From the NCBI GenBank assembly GCA_002269645.1, contig NIVC01004002.1, positions 1-64,000 of the forward strand: DNA of 64,000 bases, read 5' to 3'. The notes beneath the pieces are model-generated. The model saw only the letters and a list, made by a program, of their open reading frames with translations, ran no database searches and was not told the DNA's origin. Below are positions 1 through 23,186 of this stretch, in pieces. Each line of letters opens with the position of its first letter. Position 1 is the first letter of the stretch. The position numbers and the translations under genes were made by a program. The DNA comes from Macrostomum lignano. Its lineage: Eukaryota.

Positions 1-1376
<1,376 letters not shown>

Positions 1377-2642
1377 CTGCAAAATGAAAAGGAACGAGTG
1401 CTTAAATGTTTACAATTAAACATTAAACATCGAACAAAGTAGCGGATGAAAAATAGATAAAATTAGGCCAGAAATTAAAGCCTAATTTACATTAAATTTA
1501 CATTACTAAACGTAGATATTATTATATGTACTAAGTTTGTAAGTACATATAATATATAGCGAACATACCTACCGTACATAGCTAAGGGTTTGGGTGATAG
1601 CGGTGTCCCCTGAATAACCCGAACTACTCTGAGTAGTCTGATAATTTCAAGCTAAAAACTGCCCTAAGCCTCTAACTGCTTGTTAAATCAAAGTGAACAA
1701 TGTGTAATTAATAGGAATTATATTTGTATTCTCCATGCAGGCATCAAGATTTTGCGCAGTCAATAATATATATTGTTAATCAGAATATTTGTGCTAAAGG
1801 CTTACACAAGCACACAATAGTTGATAGCAGTATAAATACAGATAAATATAATTTGTTAATTAAAAAGGCTGGTGCCGCGGTGGAAAAAGTGGCTAAAATC
1901 CCCGGTCTATCGCCCGGCCAGAGACATGCAGTATCAGCCGCATCAGACTGTACTGTAAGAAGGCTAAAAACATAAGAAGTCCATAGCGTCAGTTAGGCGA
2001 TTAAAAACATGTTAAGGTTACGCAATCCGCACCGTGACAACCTGGGAGGATTAGTGCAGTCGTATGCGGCAATCAGAGCTGCTAATATTGGGCACAGGGC
2101 TTTAATAACATGGAGAGCAGAGGCTGAAATTTGCGGCAGGACAGCCAGCGAGCTGAGGTCACTACTGGAAAGCGGACAAACAAGTAGTAAGTCTGGCTTG
2201 AGCTCTTGTAGTTGCCTATTGGAAATGACACAGACGGGCCTATTAAGCAAAAAAATGACAAAAGCAAGGATGCGGGGAAGAGGGTTAACTGGAGCTTTAA
2301 TTAGTGGGTAAGGCAAGCATTATTACTATTGCTACCCAGGCATGAACGGAAGCCGGACGCGCGCCATCGCGGGAAGCGCTTAGGGTTGGCGCTGGCGCGG
2401 AATTCCCCAAAAAGGAGCGGCTTTATTTAGCTAATAAAAGTGCGCACGGAGATGGAAATAAGCGGCGGAATGCGGGGCGGTGCAGCTCCGATGCGCCAGA
2501 ACTAATTACAAGGAATAGAAAATCAACTACCCAGCTATTGCGTCTCTGTCCATAGCAGTTGAAGGCAAAAAACAAAACTCAAACCGCAATAAAAAACGAA
2601 CCAAAAACAAGTGGGACAAATTTGCTCATGTCTCTGCCAGCT

Positions 2643-11426
<8,784 letters not shown>

Positions 11427-11624
11427 GGCGAGCAGGCGAGGCTAACTGGCTCAGAAAATATTCGCTTTGCAGTCAGTGCAAGCTGCTATTGCATTTCATT
11501 GGGAAGCATGGGATTGAGTATTTGTGCTGTTAGCATGTAAGTTGCAGTGTACAATTACTCAGATAATGCTGCTTTTCAAAGCATTTCATTGTTACATATA
11601 AGCCTTATATCAGACTGCTCCTGA

Positions 11625-12011
11625 CTGGGTTTTTTGTGCGAATGGGTGCGAATAGCATCCTGGTCTTAAAAATCGCACCCTGAAATTTGACTCAGGGTGC
11701 GAAAAGCGCACCAGAATTTTTTGCAAGGATGTGAAGCGGATTTCACAATTTAGTGTTATGGACGTCTATGGAAGCTTCGTGTTCTTAGAATTAGCCAGTA
11801 ATTTTTTGAATCCTTAATTAATGTAGTTTAAGGAATTGTCAACTGTCGATTAAATTTTGGTAAGCAGAACCTGATGAATTGAATACTGAATAGTATTCTG
11901 GGTTTTTTTGTGCGAATGGGTGCGAATAGCACCCTGGTCTTAAAAATCGCACCCTGAAATCGAGCACAGGATGCAAAATCGCACCCAAGTTATGGACGAA
12001 AAAAAACCCTG
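11625..12011. mobile_element. hAT-type MITE A (387 bp)
   Basis: Ends CTGGGTTTTTTT...AAAAAAACCCTG, flanked by 8-bp direct repeat GCTCCTGA (11617-11624 and 12012-12019). The left end is duplicated internally at about 11898-11960. The 8-bp TSD is typical of hAT. Confidence 0.8.
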
Positions 12012-13596
12012 GCTCCTGATATTATATCAAGGTTTTGATCATTAATCAAAAACAAATACAGAATTCTTCACTATTGTAAAAGTAGCAATGGCACATTAGA
12101 TGCACTGAAATAATACTCAATAACTTGGCTGTCTACATATATGCCTTAATAAAACAAATAAATAAATATAACAAATGAAATAAATAAAACAAAATCACAT
12201 AACAGAGTCGAAGTAGGGTACATCGTTTAAGGAAAGTTGGGAGAATAAAAGCAAAAGCCCACCATGAACATCCAACTTGGTTGTAGAAGGGTGTGTCCAT
12301 TCAAGGGTGTTCTGACCTATGTGCTTGCCTTTCAAACTTTGCCATATAACTTTGCTACCCACACATGCTTTATTTGCATCATATTAGCTCACTAGACTTA
12401 AAAAATTTACCAAATTTCTGTAAAATTGCCTGAAGATGCCAATTGTTTGGTAAAACATGTTGCGCAAACATGAATAAAATTGTATTTGATATCAGTAAAG
12501 AAAGAAAACATGCAAATGTTTGTTTTTGCTATCATTCTCCTAACATAACAGGTCATATTAAATATACACTTTAAATGCAATTTGCAACTTAAGTTTGGCT
12601 AAGATAAAAGTATGCTAGGATTACAAAGAATACATTTCAGTATTCTGCTTTTGATATGAATAATTTTAACATGTAGCAATTAATGCTTTTGGGGATAGAT
12701 ACATTAGGAAAATTATTTTAACATGTTATTTTTTATTGTACAATGGCTTTAAGCCCTCAATTTGAGCTTGATGCTGAGCTCAGCTCTCAATCTGTTTTAT
12801 TATTGTTAATTCTTAGTTTGATCTATTCAAACATTTCATTTTATTAACAAAATTTCATGCACTCAGATAACTAAATATGTCTACTGTATGGAATCAATTG
12901 TTTCACCTGCAACATTTTTATTGCTGTGAACAAATAATATTTGTTATACCCCATGGCCATTATACTAGTAAATTAAGTAAAAAAACTGATTTGTTTCAGG
13001 TGATTTTCTACGCTATGGTCAATTGTACAGTTTTGATTTTTCATTAATTTTAGTACTTAGAACTCAGAAGCCTATAGTTGATATTGAATTTTGGCTTTAA
13101 ATTTACATCTTTGCTTTGATTTTTCTTATTATGTATAGTTAACTCAATTTTGTAAATCTCTATATAACACATTTTTAAGCTTTAAGTATTTTAACTTACG
13201 GTGGTTTTGTGGATTACTCATTCTAGATTATTCCTGCTAATAAATAGATAAGTAATTCTTTTAATTTGGGTTTTCAAATTCACTTGCTAGAAAGAATATT
13301 ACTAAATATTTCAGACACATTTGAAAAAATTTTTTTATATATATATCATTACTTTATATGCTGCTTTAATAAATAGCTTATTATAATCAGTTAAACATAT
13401 ACTTTAAAAGGCTATCAAATTTAACAAATAGGCCTAGTATATAAAATATTTTACCTAAATAAACTAAACTAAACATAATAATATCTAAATAGCTAATAGT
13501 TTAGTATAGGATTTAAAAATTCAAAAGCTTAGAAATTCCTTAAAATAGTTTGCATAGAGGCAAAGCCAAGGGGTAATAAGGTATAATCAGAACAAA

Positions 13597-13624
13597 TAGG
13601 GTTAGGGTTAGGGTTAGGGGTTAG
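13597..13624 (+). repeat. Short interstitial telomere-like (TTAGGG)n tract
   Basis: tagggttagggttagggttaggggttag, about 4 units. Confidence 0.7.
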
Positions 13625-14501
13625 TTTAGAGCTCTAGAGAGCTTTTCCTGTGTATAACTACAGTGGTGGCAGCAAACTACTACTATCAGCAAAAATATTG
13701 ACAAACTTAGCTTATTTTGAAGTTTTCCCCCATTTTGGCTATAAATTTCTGCATTTAGCATTCTGGATATTGGCAAAACTAGACCACTCAGCTGCAACCA
13801 CAGCTACCCTCCCCCTGAGCCCAAGGAACTCAGCAGCCGGAGCTCCCTGTCATCTGCAAGCTGAGATCTTTGCTTAAGTTTGTTTGAATCGTAGAAGCTG
13901 CACCGATTTTAACTGCTGAGCCAAACAAATTAAATCTCAACCAACAACGTAGTTGAAAACCCCCGACCTCGTTATCACTAGTTACATAGGAGATTAATAA
14001 ATTGGGCTCCTGTTACCTCTGAGGGTAATTTTTTGCAGTTTTTTTATTTATTATCATTTTGGACAGCCTTTAAGACTCTGGCAAAAGTTTTAGAAAAATT
14101 GGAAAATTGGAAGTATTTTATGTACCTAAAGTTCAAGAAGTCTAGTGTTGTTGATACTAACTTTGATAGTACCAACAATACCATTTGGCTATTGTGTATT
14201 ACATCTCAATACTTTTTTAGCAATATTGGACCATAGTACTACATGATACTTTTTTAAGTCTATTATATTATAATATGTAGTCCAATACTTTCTTATAAAA
14301 TAATATTATTTTTTGTATTTAGTGTTTAAAATGTGGATATGTATATCTTTGGATAGGTTTTTACCACAGATACAAACTCATTGACTAGAAGGTAAAGCCT
14401 ATCAAAGTAATGCTTTTCAAGGACCTAGTTATAGATAGAATGGCCTCCAACTTTTGTAGTATCACATCCCAAGTATTGAGTTGTCCTTGTATATATGTAA
14501 G

Positions 14502-15056
14502 TATACATATGCAATTGCTAGCTGACCTGGCCAATTTAGCCACAATAAATTATGATAGACCAGAGATGTCATACAAATGCACATAAATGTGCAAACCCCC
14601 TGATTTGCACTGCCCATGCAACTTACTTTTTGACTAGAAATGCAACTTACCTGTGAAAGAAACCCTTAAGCAAAATCAATGCAATGTTGGGTAAATGGCA
14701 GGAGTAACTATAATTGTTTTACAAGGGCTAAATTAGATGACGCTAAATACCTCGTCATCTAATTAGTACTATGTCTGTATTCTTTGGGGTGGGAATTTTT
14801 GCAACTTACCCTTAGTCCACCACAATTTACAGTGGCCAGATCAGCCAGGTTGGCCAGCAGTTGCGCATGTATGAAAATGCACACCCCAAAAGAATAGACA
14901 TTGTTCTAATTAGATGATGAGGCATTTAACCTTAAAAACAATCATAGTTATTCCTTCTATTTATCCAAAATTGCATTAATTTTGCTTAAGGGTTTCTTTC
15001 ACAGGTAAGTTAAAAAGTATGGCCAGTGTAAATCAAGGGGGTTGTAGATATGTATG
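14502..15056. mobile_element. Degenerate foldback built from CATACATG-family MITE ends
   Basis: Arm 14594-14800 pairs with 14875-15050 (for example caacttacctgtgaaagaaacccttaagcaaaa versus ttttgcttaagggtttctttcacaggtaagtt). CATACATGCGCAAC-like termini occur near 14502, 14872 and 15056. Confidence 0.65.
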
Positions 15057-15411
15057 TGAGATACTGAGATAGTGCCTGAAATAATAGCCTATTTTTATGC
15101 AAAAATAATACTCTACATTTTCTTAAAAATGCACACAGTTAAATTTACATGAAAAAGAAATTATTCTTACTTTTGTTTAAATGTTGTTATTCTTAAAAAT
15201 ATTAGCTTTTGTTAAAAACATGTTGAAAATTCTAGTAGAAATAGAAGCCCTTAGTGTGCCAAGAGAAGCAACTTGCCACAAGCTTTCAATTGCGAGCAAA
15301 GTTTGATAAGTCCTTCCTAAAGCTTTAAAAAAGGAAATTGTGTTTAGTTTCATTTGGGCCACAAATGATTGTCTACGGAAATTGTGAACTAAGTAACTTT
15401 TTGCGTGCCTT

Positions 15412-15967
15412 TCAGGCATCGAAACAGGAATACAACAGATTGCTTATCTGCGAATAGTCTATGGTCAAGCCACCTCCCATCTTTGGATATTCCCAATGGG
15501 TTATATTTGGATATACCCATTTGCAGATAAGCAGTCTGTATATTCCTATATCAATGCATTTGCGGGGATATTTTTTATTCAATACAACAAAGCTGAATAA
15601 ACAGATTGTATACATGTACAAAAATGGCCATAACGTGGGCATAATGAAATGTGGACCAATTGTTCCACAATAATTGATGAGTAGAGCTAGAATTGACAAT
15701 AATTACACTCACATCGGCCGCATTGCATGGTTTGTTCCGCATGGGATCCTTGGGGCAAGCCTCTTCTTCGCTTGGCAGTGATGGCAGAGCATCATCATTA
15801 CCGCATTCAATGAATTGGAACAACTCCATCAACTCTTTGTCATCCGCCTTGTCACGTCCACCTATACTCAAGTCACGTCCACCCATACTCAAGTCGCTGA
15901 GAAAGTTGACCTCATTTCCATTCAAGCTGTCAATGCTTTCAATCAGCAAATTCGACCAATTTATCAT
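15412..15967 (-). CDS. Possible two-exon orphan ORF (107 aa) or remnant of a transposon-encoded exon
   Basis: ORF 15967-15713 ends at GAT|GTGAGT (phase 0) and joins in frame via ccaaag|ATG to 15480-15412 (MGGGLTIDYSQISNLLYSCFDA*). It is GC-richer than its flanks; no family recognised and the acceptor is weak. Confidence 0.25.
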
Positions 15968-17174
15968 TCATATGAGTGGCATGAATAGAGGTTAGGGCAA
16001 ACAGAAGAAACAGAAACATGTATCCTCTGCTGCAGAGTTCCAGCTTATAAGACCACAACTTCATTTAACATGTTTTGTCTATGGTAATTTCAGACTGTTC
16101 CGCTTAACTTTTCATTCCAGAAATTTAGTCTATGGCCATCATTTGGCTTGCACCAAGTGGAAAATTCCTATGACACAAATCCCTAGAATCACTCAGTGAA
16201 CAATTCCCATCTGGAAAGTTGTGTCCTAGCCATTTTGAATTGGTTTTGGACAAAACTAGACACAATTCTACTATTGAGAGTTCAGGCCTCACACACAACT
16301 GCCTTACTGCATCTTGGCCTACTGGCCTCGATGCTATGGCAGTTGTGTGTGAATCGTGACCTCTTGATAATCATGCATTATTCAAATTGACTTGTTTATT
16401 TCCTAGAGTATTAAGCCCTTTATTGGGAGAATTAGAATTACTAAAGAGTGAGAATCACCTTAGGGCAATAACCCTATAGGGTGCATAACCTCTTCAGGGC
16501 ATGAAGATTGCCTCAGGGCAGGAAAAGTGCCTCAGGGCAGAAAAAACGCATAAGGCTGACCCTCTGATCCAGGGAATGCCAAGGGCTAGGAGAAAACTTA
16601 TAGGAGTAAATAGAGTAAACAGTGCCATTAGACCACTCAGGCCAGAAAGTACAATACATGTACAGACACTACTAATAAGATAAGTAGATGCTACCAATAT
16701 AAAAGTAGATAGAGAAGTAGGCACGCTACCAATATAGAAGTAGATAGAGAAGTAGGTACGCTACCAATAAGTAAAAGTACATGCAAAAGTGAACTGTCAA
16801 TAGGAAAACATAGGTATTAGCCCTGTAACAACTTTGGTGGCATAACAGTGAGATTGTCAAGAGAGAGCAACCACCCCTAGTACAACTTGGTATCAGCTAT
16901 AAGTTCAAGTAGTAATAGAGAGAAATCCTGCGATAACTTGGTAGTAGTTTATGAGATTTTATAGCATAGAAAACATGCCTGTAACAACTGTGGTAAAAGC
17001 AGTGGGATTCTTGTTTTTAGAAAACAAAACAGTTACCCTTGTAACATATGTAGCTAAGACTAAAAAAATTTAATATACTATGAATAAACAAAATAATTAA
17101 TACACAATAATATTGAAAACAGCAAACTAAGTTAACAAAACAAGTAAAAAGTACTAGCCTGTCATAGTCTAATT

Positions 17175-17473
17175 CATACATGCGCAACAGTCGGCCGAGT
17201 CGGCCGATCCGGCCGACCGATTTGGCGGCCAACCAAGGAAGTCGCAAAAATGCCCACCCGAAAAAACACCCAAGTAGTAGTACTAAGTAGCTGACGAGGC
17301 ATTTTGGCTTAATAAGACAGTCATAGTTACTCCTGCCGTTTACCCAAAATTGCGTTAATTTTGCTTTAGGGTTTTTTTTACATGTAAGTCGCAATTTTGG
17401 CCAAAAACTACGTCGCATTTTTGTTAAAACTAAGTCGCACGGCCGACCGAATTTTGGAGGTTTCGCATGTATG
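17175..17473. mobile_element. hAT-type MITE B (299 bp)
   Basis: TIR CATACATGCG(C/A)AAC; 8-bp TSD GTCTAATT at 17167-17174 and 17474-17481; subterminal CGGCCGA motifs. Confidence 0.85.
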
Positions 17474-17919
17474 GTCTAATTGAACTAGACTAAAGTAACT
17501 AGTTTAAACTACAAAATTATTATTTTCTAAATGAGTTTAATTATAGTTTACATGATTATAATAATATAAGCCTAGGCCTACTAACTGTGACCTTTCTTGA
17601 AAATGCCAATAGTGAATAGGGCCTAGCAAAGCCAAAAATTAGTATTTTTTGTTTTTACAGATAGGTTATCAGTTAAAAAGTATAAAATTTAAGAAAAACA
17701 AGTATTGCTAATATAGGATTAAGGTATTGGCAATATTCAAATTTTGGTATTGGACTATCAATTTTTGGCAATACTATTTTGAGCATTGATAGGCCCTATT
17801 AGATTCAGAATATCACTTTAGGTTGATACATTTTAGAGTATCAATGCCTAATAGTGAAACACTTAGAAAATTAAAACTAGGCCTATAATTCTAATACTAG
17901 GCCTAAACTTGGCTAAAGC

Positions 17920-18402
17920 CCATAGTCGGGAAAGTGGCACAGTGTGTGCCGGAACTATTTTGATGGCTTTTGAACACTGTGCACTATGCGCCGTCCGCCG
18001 TGAAGAAAATATTTTGTGCGTCGTAGCGCGCCATGATAAGATAAGTCTAAGGTAAGGTAAGGTAAGGTAAGGTAATTAATAATTCATTGGTAAACAAATT
18101 TGAATTTATGGTAGACAAATTTGAATTTCATTTACATATTTTATATCATGATTTACGTAATTTTAGTACTCTTTGATAATATAACATTTTATTTTACAAA
18201 TTATGGAATTAGGCCTAACACTATATATTTTGCAAAGTATAACAAAGTGTAACCATATATTTTTTCAGTGCCATGCGCCATGCCCATGTGCCCCGCAGAG
18301 CATTTCCAATTTTTCCTTGTACCCCGTGTGCGCCGTGTGTGCCAAAAAAGGGCCAATTTGCGCCAGAAAATTCACCAAAAACTGCCACTTTCCCAGCTAT
18401 GG
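17920..18402. mobile_element. hAT-type MITE C (483 bp)
   Basis: TIR CCATAGTCGGGAAAGTGGCA / TGCCACTTTCCCAGCTATGG; 8-bp TSD GCTAAAGC at 17912-17919 and 18403-18410; internal (GGTAA)n. Confidence 0.85.
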
Positions 18403-19862
18403 GCTAAAGCTGCCTAGGGCCTAGGGGGGGCCTAATTAATAACACAATACAATACAACCAGAATAGCTTAGGCTTTTAGAAGCTTTTGCAATAGGCCTAA
18501 TACCTAAAGTGAAAGTCATGCTTGCTTAGGCAAAGAATATATGAAGGGATTAAATATTTTCAGTATTTTTCTATTGCAATAGCAATGTCTTTTATTTTTT
18601 ACTTATAGTATTCCTAAAATTTCAGATACAATTCAGAATATTAAACTGCTTCCTAACCTGACAATGACATTGACATTGATTGACAAGAGTCAAGAGGCAA
18701 AAAAGTTAACCTGCTGAAAAAAAGTAAAGACAAGGACAATTTTTGTCAAAGTTTCAAGTTTATCTAATATTAATAATACAAAAGATTAGTGGTCAAGAAC
18801 TGTAAAAATAGTTAATTTAGAGGGCTATATATTATAGGCCTATTGGAATTGCATTTTGAACTTAGGGCTTTGACTTATATGCTAAAACTTATCACGGCAT
18901 AGAGATTGGCCTATAGCCCTAGGCTAGTTAGACAACTTGACGAGTAAAAAAACTAAAATTAAACAACAAATTATTGAGATAAATTATGATAGGCCTAATT
19001 TCTCTTTTGAAAAATCAGCCGCACTCGTTATTCGTACCCCGGCACCGAGGTTATATAAACAAATGGATGTAGCTGAAAAGTTAACTGGACGTTGATTTTT
19101 GGCTTAATCATAGGGGTAAATTTTTTGGTATTTTTGCTTTGGGTTTAAAGTGTATAAGTGACGCATGCATACAATTTTCTGTGTTAGTATTATTTATAGT
19201 TCACTTCATTCAAAACTCTACACGGACTTATATCTTGAGCTTGCGTTGGCTATCGACGCAAAAAGACTTTCAGTTATTTGAAAATAAATTATTTTTACTT
19301 TCCTTTTTAAAAGTAAAATCTCATTGAAATAATGCCATACGCACAGTAAAGGTTTTGTTTCAATCGCTGGTTTAAAATTTGTGAGGCCGAGCTATCGTAA
19401 GTGTGGGGTAAGTCGGGATAACCCCATTTGGCATTCCGCTGGGGTTATTTTTCCAGTGCTGGATGAAAAACGAGTGTCAATTTAAAATTAATTTGATTTG
19501 ACCACGTCATGTCTTTCCAGATAGATTTTTTTCAATATTACAATTGTGCATGGCCTGTGAGGCAGCGCTGGATTCTGCCGCTGTACTTATGACTAAGTGA
19601 CTAGCTGATTGACTATTGAAATATTGACTGTACATCCAGTGTACCCACCACCTCGGTTTCGTGCCCGGTGCGCCCCACCACCCCAATGCGTTAATAATTA
19701 TATATTGAGCATCGTTTGTGTTAGCATCGTTTAAGAATAATATATCGAAACTGAGACATCGTTTATTTTCAAATCATCGCGCTACTCAGTTGAACTCTTA
19801 GTTAAACGACGCGACAGCCTGCTGAGGGTACATGCAGTTAACATTCATATAAAATAACCATA

Positions 19863-22800
19863 CCCAGTGGCAAAGCCGAGCTCGGCCCGAGCTCGGTCCG
19901 CCGAGATCGGGCCGAGCTCGGCGGGTTGACGGCGGTTCTAGCTCGGGCCGACGACCTCGGGCCGAGGTCGGCTGACCGCGGTAATGCCGAGTAGCTTTGC
20001 ACTATACTTTCTATTTAGCTTATTATAAAGCTTATATTGCTTCTTGCAGATTGACTACATGTGGGTGCCACTTTCACTTTCTATAGAATTTTACTGTACA
20101 TGTACAATTCGGTATTACATGAAAAAGAAAAGGTGAATGGGAAAACGACATGACACGAATTGAAACCATCGAGTTAAAGATCCCATGTCATTCCTAGCAT
20201 GTTAGTGCATTGCAGTGGTAATGTACGCTCGTATATGAGCCTAGTTATGGTGAGCCTTTAGTATAACTAGTTAATTGATTTCCCCTCGGAATTAGATACA
20301 TATCCACCAGACTCAGTTCTCTGACCCAACAAATATACAACCAACAGCCATGTTCAGGATTAAATGATTGTGAAATAAGGCAACGATTTAGAAGTTAAAA
20401 TAATTGAATTAAAAGAACACCGCAACAGTAAATCCACCACAAGCACACTAGTGTATTATCAAATGCTAATAATGATACAAGATTAACTTTCAAACCAATA
20501 AGCAAGAAAACAGAGAAAAAGTAGCTAAACAGCTGAAAACAGAGGTTGAGTTAAGGGTTGCGATACGGATTTGGTTGAGCATTTATTAACATTATAAACT
20601 GTAAAGACTTCACTTTAGATTGTAGAACGAGACGCTTGATACGAGGAAAGCGACTGCAATTTATATTGTAAATATTGAGCACGATACATTGGGTGTAAGA
20701 GGCTTAAGGGTGGAGAGCAAGAGCGGCCAGAATGCAGAGCGCACATAAGAATGTACAGCGAAATATCGCAGAAGGGAGCACGCAGCGAAACTGGTAAAAC
20801 ACCACCTCAAAACACGGAGTAAAAACAAGCTAACAAAACAAACAACAATTCGCCCAGCCAAGTCACCACACTCCTCCCCACAAAGATTAAGCGTTAGATA
20901 AAAACGGGAATAAAAGACGCAAATCAGTTTACAGTCCATAGAGGAACAGTCCATAGTCACTGGTAGCGCAGCCGGTCAGCTTAAGCTCTTGCCCTGGTCG
21001 AACGTCAAAGTGGCGCCGCAGAGCTCAACTCTGGCGCCTGGCCAGGCGTCTCCGCAGGAGCCTCTGGTTGATCGTCAGACACCTCGGCACATAGCGGTTG
21101 CTCAACTTTGGAAGGCGCCGCAGGCACTTGATTGATGTGCCGATGGACCTCTCGACCATCGTCAAACTGGCAAGAGACACAGCCCTGGAGCAGTCGGTCA
21201 GAACAGCAGGCTTCCAGCTGCCATCAGCAGCAAAGTCCCTCGCAACGACTGCGTTGCCCATCTCAATGTGGTGGTCATGGGCATGGGTGTCGTGCTGCTG
21301 CTTCTGGATCGCTTGTGGGTAGCCTTAGAATCTCGCCCCATTTTCTCAAAGTGTTGTATCTAGAACATCAAGGGGGTTAGAATTGAAGCCATATGATGAA
21401 AAAGTAAAAAAATTGGAATCAAATACATAAATGGAAAACACAAAACTGATACCCAAATCTGGCCTGCAGTGCAAAACTGATGCCAAATATGGCATAGGGC
21501 CCTAGTATATAAAAATAGCATCAATATCTAGTCTATGGTGCAAAAATAAAGTAAAAACCTATAATAGTAAAATAAGTATACTATAGTTGTACTAAAAAGT
21601 CATTAGAAAAACAATATAGTATAATATGAATACTATGAATCTATTCAAAAGAGTAAAAAATTGGCATATACAGCAAAATTACATTAAATTGCCTGCCATA
21701 AAATGCACAATTGGTATTATATCCTGGCCCGTAGTACATAAACAATGTCTTAAATTAACTGATAGTATGTAATTCATGATGGCATTGCCATAGACAAATA
21801 AAAAAATAAGAAGCTAGACCTAATATAGTAGGGATAAAAATATCATAGGAGCCTAAAAATCTGGCTTTATTTAGGCCATTTTAGACTTTTCAAATCACAG
21901 GATTTATGACCTAAGCTAGATATCATTCCTACAGTTAAGTTATGGTAACTCCTATTGCAATCCTATACTTTTCAACATTTTATCATGAAAATATGCTTTT
22001 TGTAGATAAATTGTTTAGTAAAATTTCCATTTAAGAATCTTGAGCTAAGTCCAGGATTTGGGACGCGACAAGAAATTCTTCTCCTCGGATTTATTCACTT
22101 TTAACTCCTAGATAACTATTTGATGGCCATTCTGAAAATAGCTGGTGAATTGCCATCGTAATATGTCTAATTATCATTAATGAAAACATATTTCATACGC
22201 CTATTCATAAATTGTAAGCAAATCTTCATTAAACCCAAAAAAGCAAGTTTACATTGCATTACAGTGTAGCTATAGTTCAATTAGTTACGGCTTAACTGTA
22301 AGACTAAGTATGTCTCTGGAATTTTTGCCGAAACATCTAAATGCTTCCAAAGAACGTGTAATAAAAATAATAACTAAGAAGCTAAATGAATTGCCACGTT
22401 AAAAAGAGCTAGACACTGTTTACAATTGACTTGACCTGCACGGGAGCAATATATTCAAATGAATGGCAAAAAATGAGCAATAATTACGCCTTAAGTAAAT
22501 TCTAAAGCAGTTAATTATTTATTTATATTTTTACTAACGAAGCTATGTTCTTTTATCTGGTAAATTACTCATATATATAATTGTTAAAATCCAGTACTTC
22601 GAATTTTCCGTACCTATAACGCATGCACTTCATGGTCGTCTCGAAGGAGAATAAATCCATAAAAGTCAAATCACCTACTCAACGAGGAAACTAATTCAGT
22701 AAAAACACAATTAGTATGTGTAAAAAGCACATTACACCACTTTGGTGGATCAAAAGTGCTGTATGATTGCGTTGTTTTTGTTTATTGCAAAAGAGTCACT

Positions 22801-23038
22801 TTTTCAGTGTAAATTATTCATCTATATTTATGCGGGGTTTTTTTTAAATCATATTGAATTCATTAGCGTAGGTAAATTCTGCTTAATTGATTAAAACTTT
22901 TAATCGGTTAACGGCGCGGCACCCCGAGGTTCTACCGAGTTCGGGCCGACGTCGGCTGGCCGACTTTAGTATGGCCGATCGAATGCCGAGTGGCCGACGT
23001 CGGCCCGAGCTCGGACCGAGCTCGGCTTTGCCACTGGG
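19863..23038. mobile_element. Non-autonomous TIR DNA transposon (3176 bp), CMC/CACTA-like, carrying Gypsy cargo
   Basis: 23-bp perfect TIR CCCAGTGGCAAAGCCGAGCTCGG at both ends, TA on both flanks, and about 120-bp subterminal arrays of the palindrome CCGAGCTCGG. No transposase ORF. The superfamily is inferred from CCC termini, the 2-bp TSD and subterminal repeats. Confidence 0.82.
20621..21330 (-). mobile_element. 3' end of a Ty3/Gypsy LTR retrotransposon (integrase tail, PPT, 3' LTR)
   Basis: Frameshifted QKQQHDTHAHDHHIEMGNAVVARDFAADGSWKPAV...DGREVHRHINQV resembles the Gypsy integrase C-terminus. PPT GGGGAGGAG (20871-20879) precedes a putative LTR TGTGGTGAC...TTCTACA (20870-20621). Confidence 0.7.
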
Positions 23039-23186
23039 TAGGGTCTACTGCATGGATGAGCTAACTAACCTAAGTTAGGTCTAAAGTTTTTCTAGAGGCA
23101 TGCGCCAATAGAGCCGGCCTATATTCAGGGTCCCAGGTCAATACTGTACATGCTTTTTCTGTACTTCAGATTATAGACAGGCTGCA

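Noticed and set aside
1993-2316. Overlapping 100-107 aa ORFs between PPP1R16 and NKAP
   Set aside because: No motif, no codon bias like the neighbouring genes and no supporting splice signals.
2330-2376. ATGGCGCGCGTC... as the NKAP first coding exon
   Set aside because: The only nearby GT donor gives phase 2 while the 1376 acceptor needs phase 0, and the peptide is not NKAP-like. It cannot be fully excluded given indel errors in this assembly.
13597-13624. Chromosome end or fusion scar
   Set aside because: Only about 4 TTAGGG units in one orientation; such short tracts are common in repeats.
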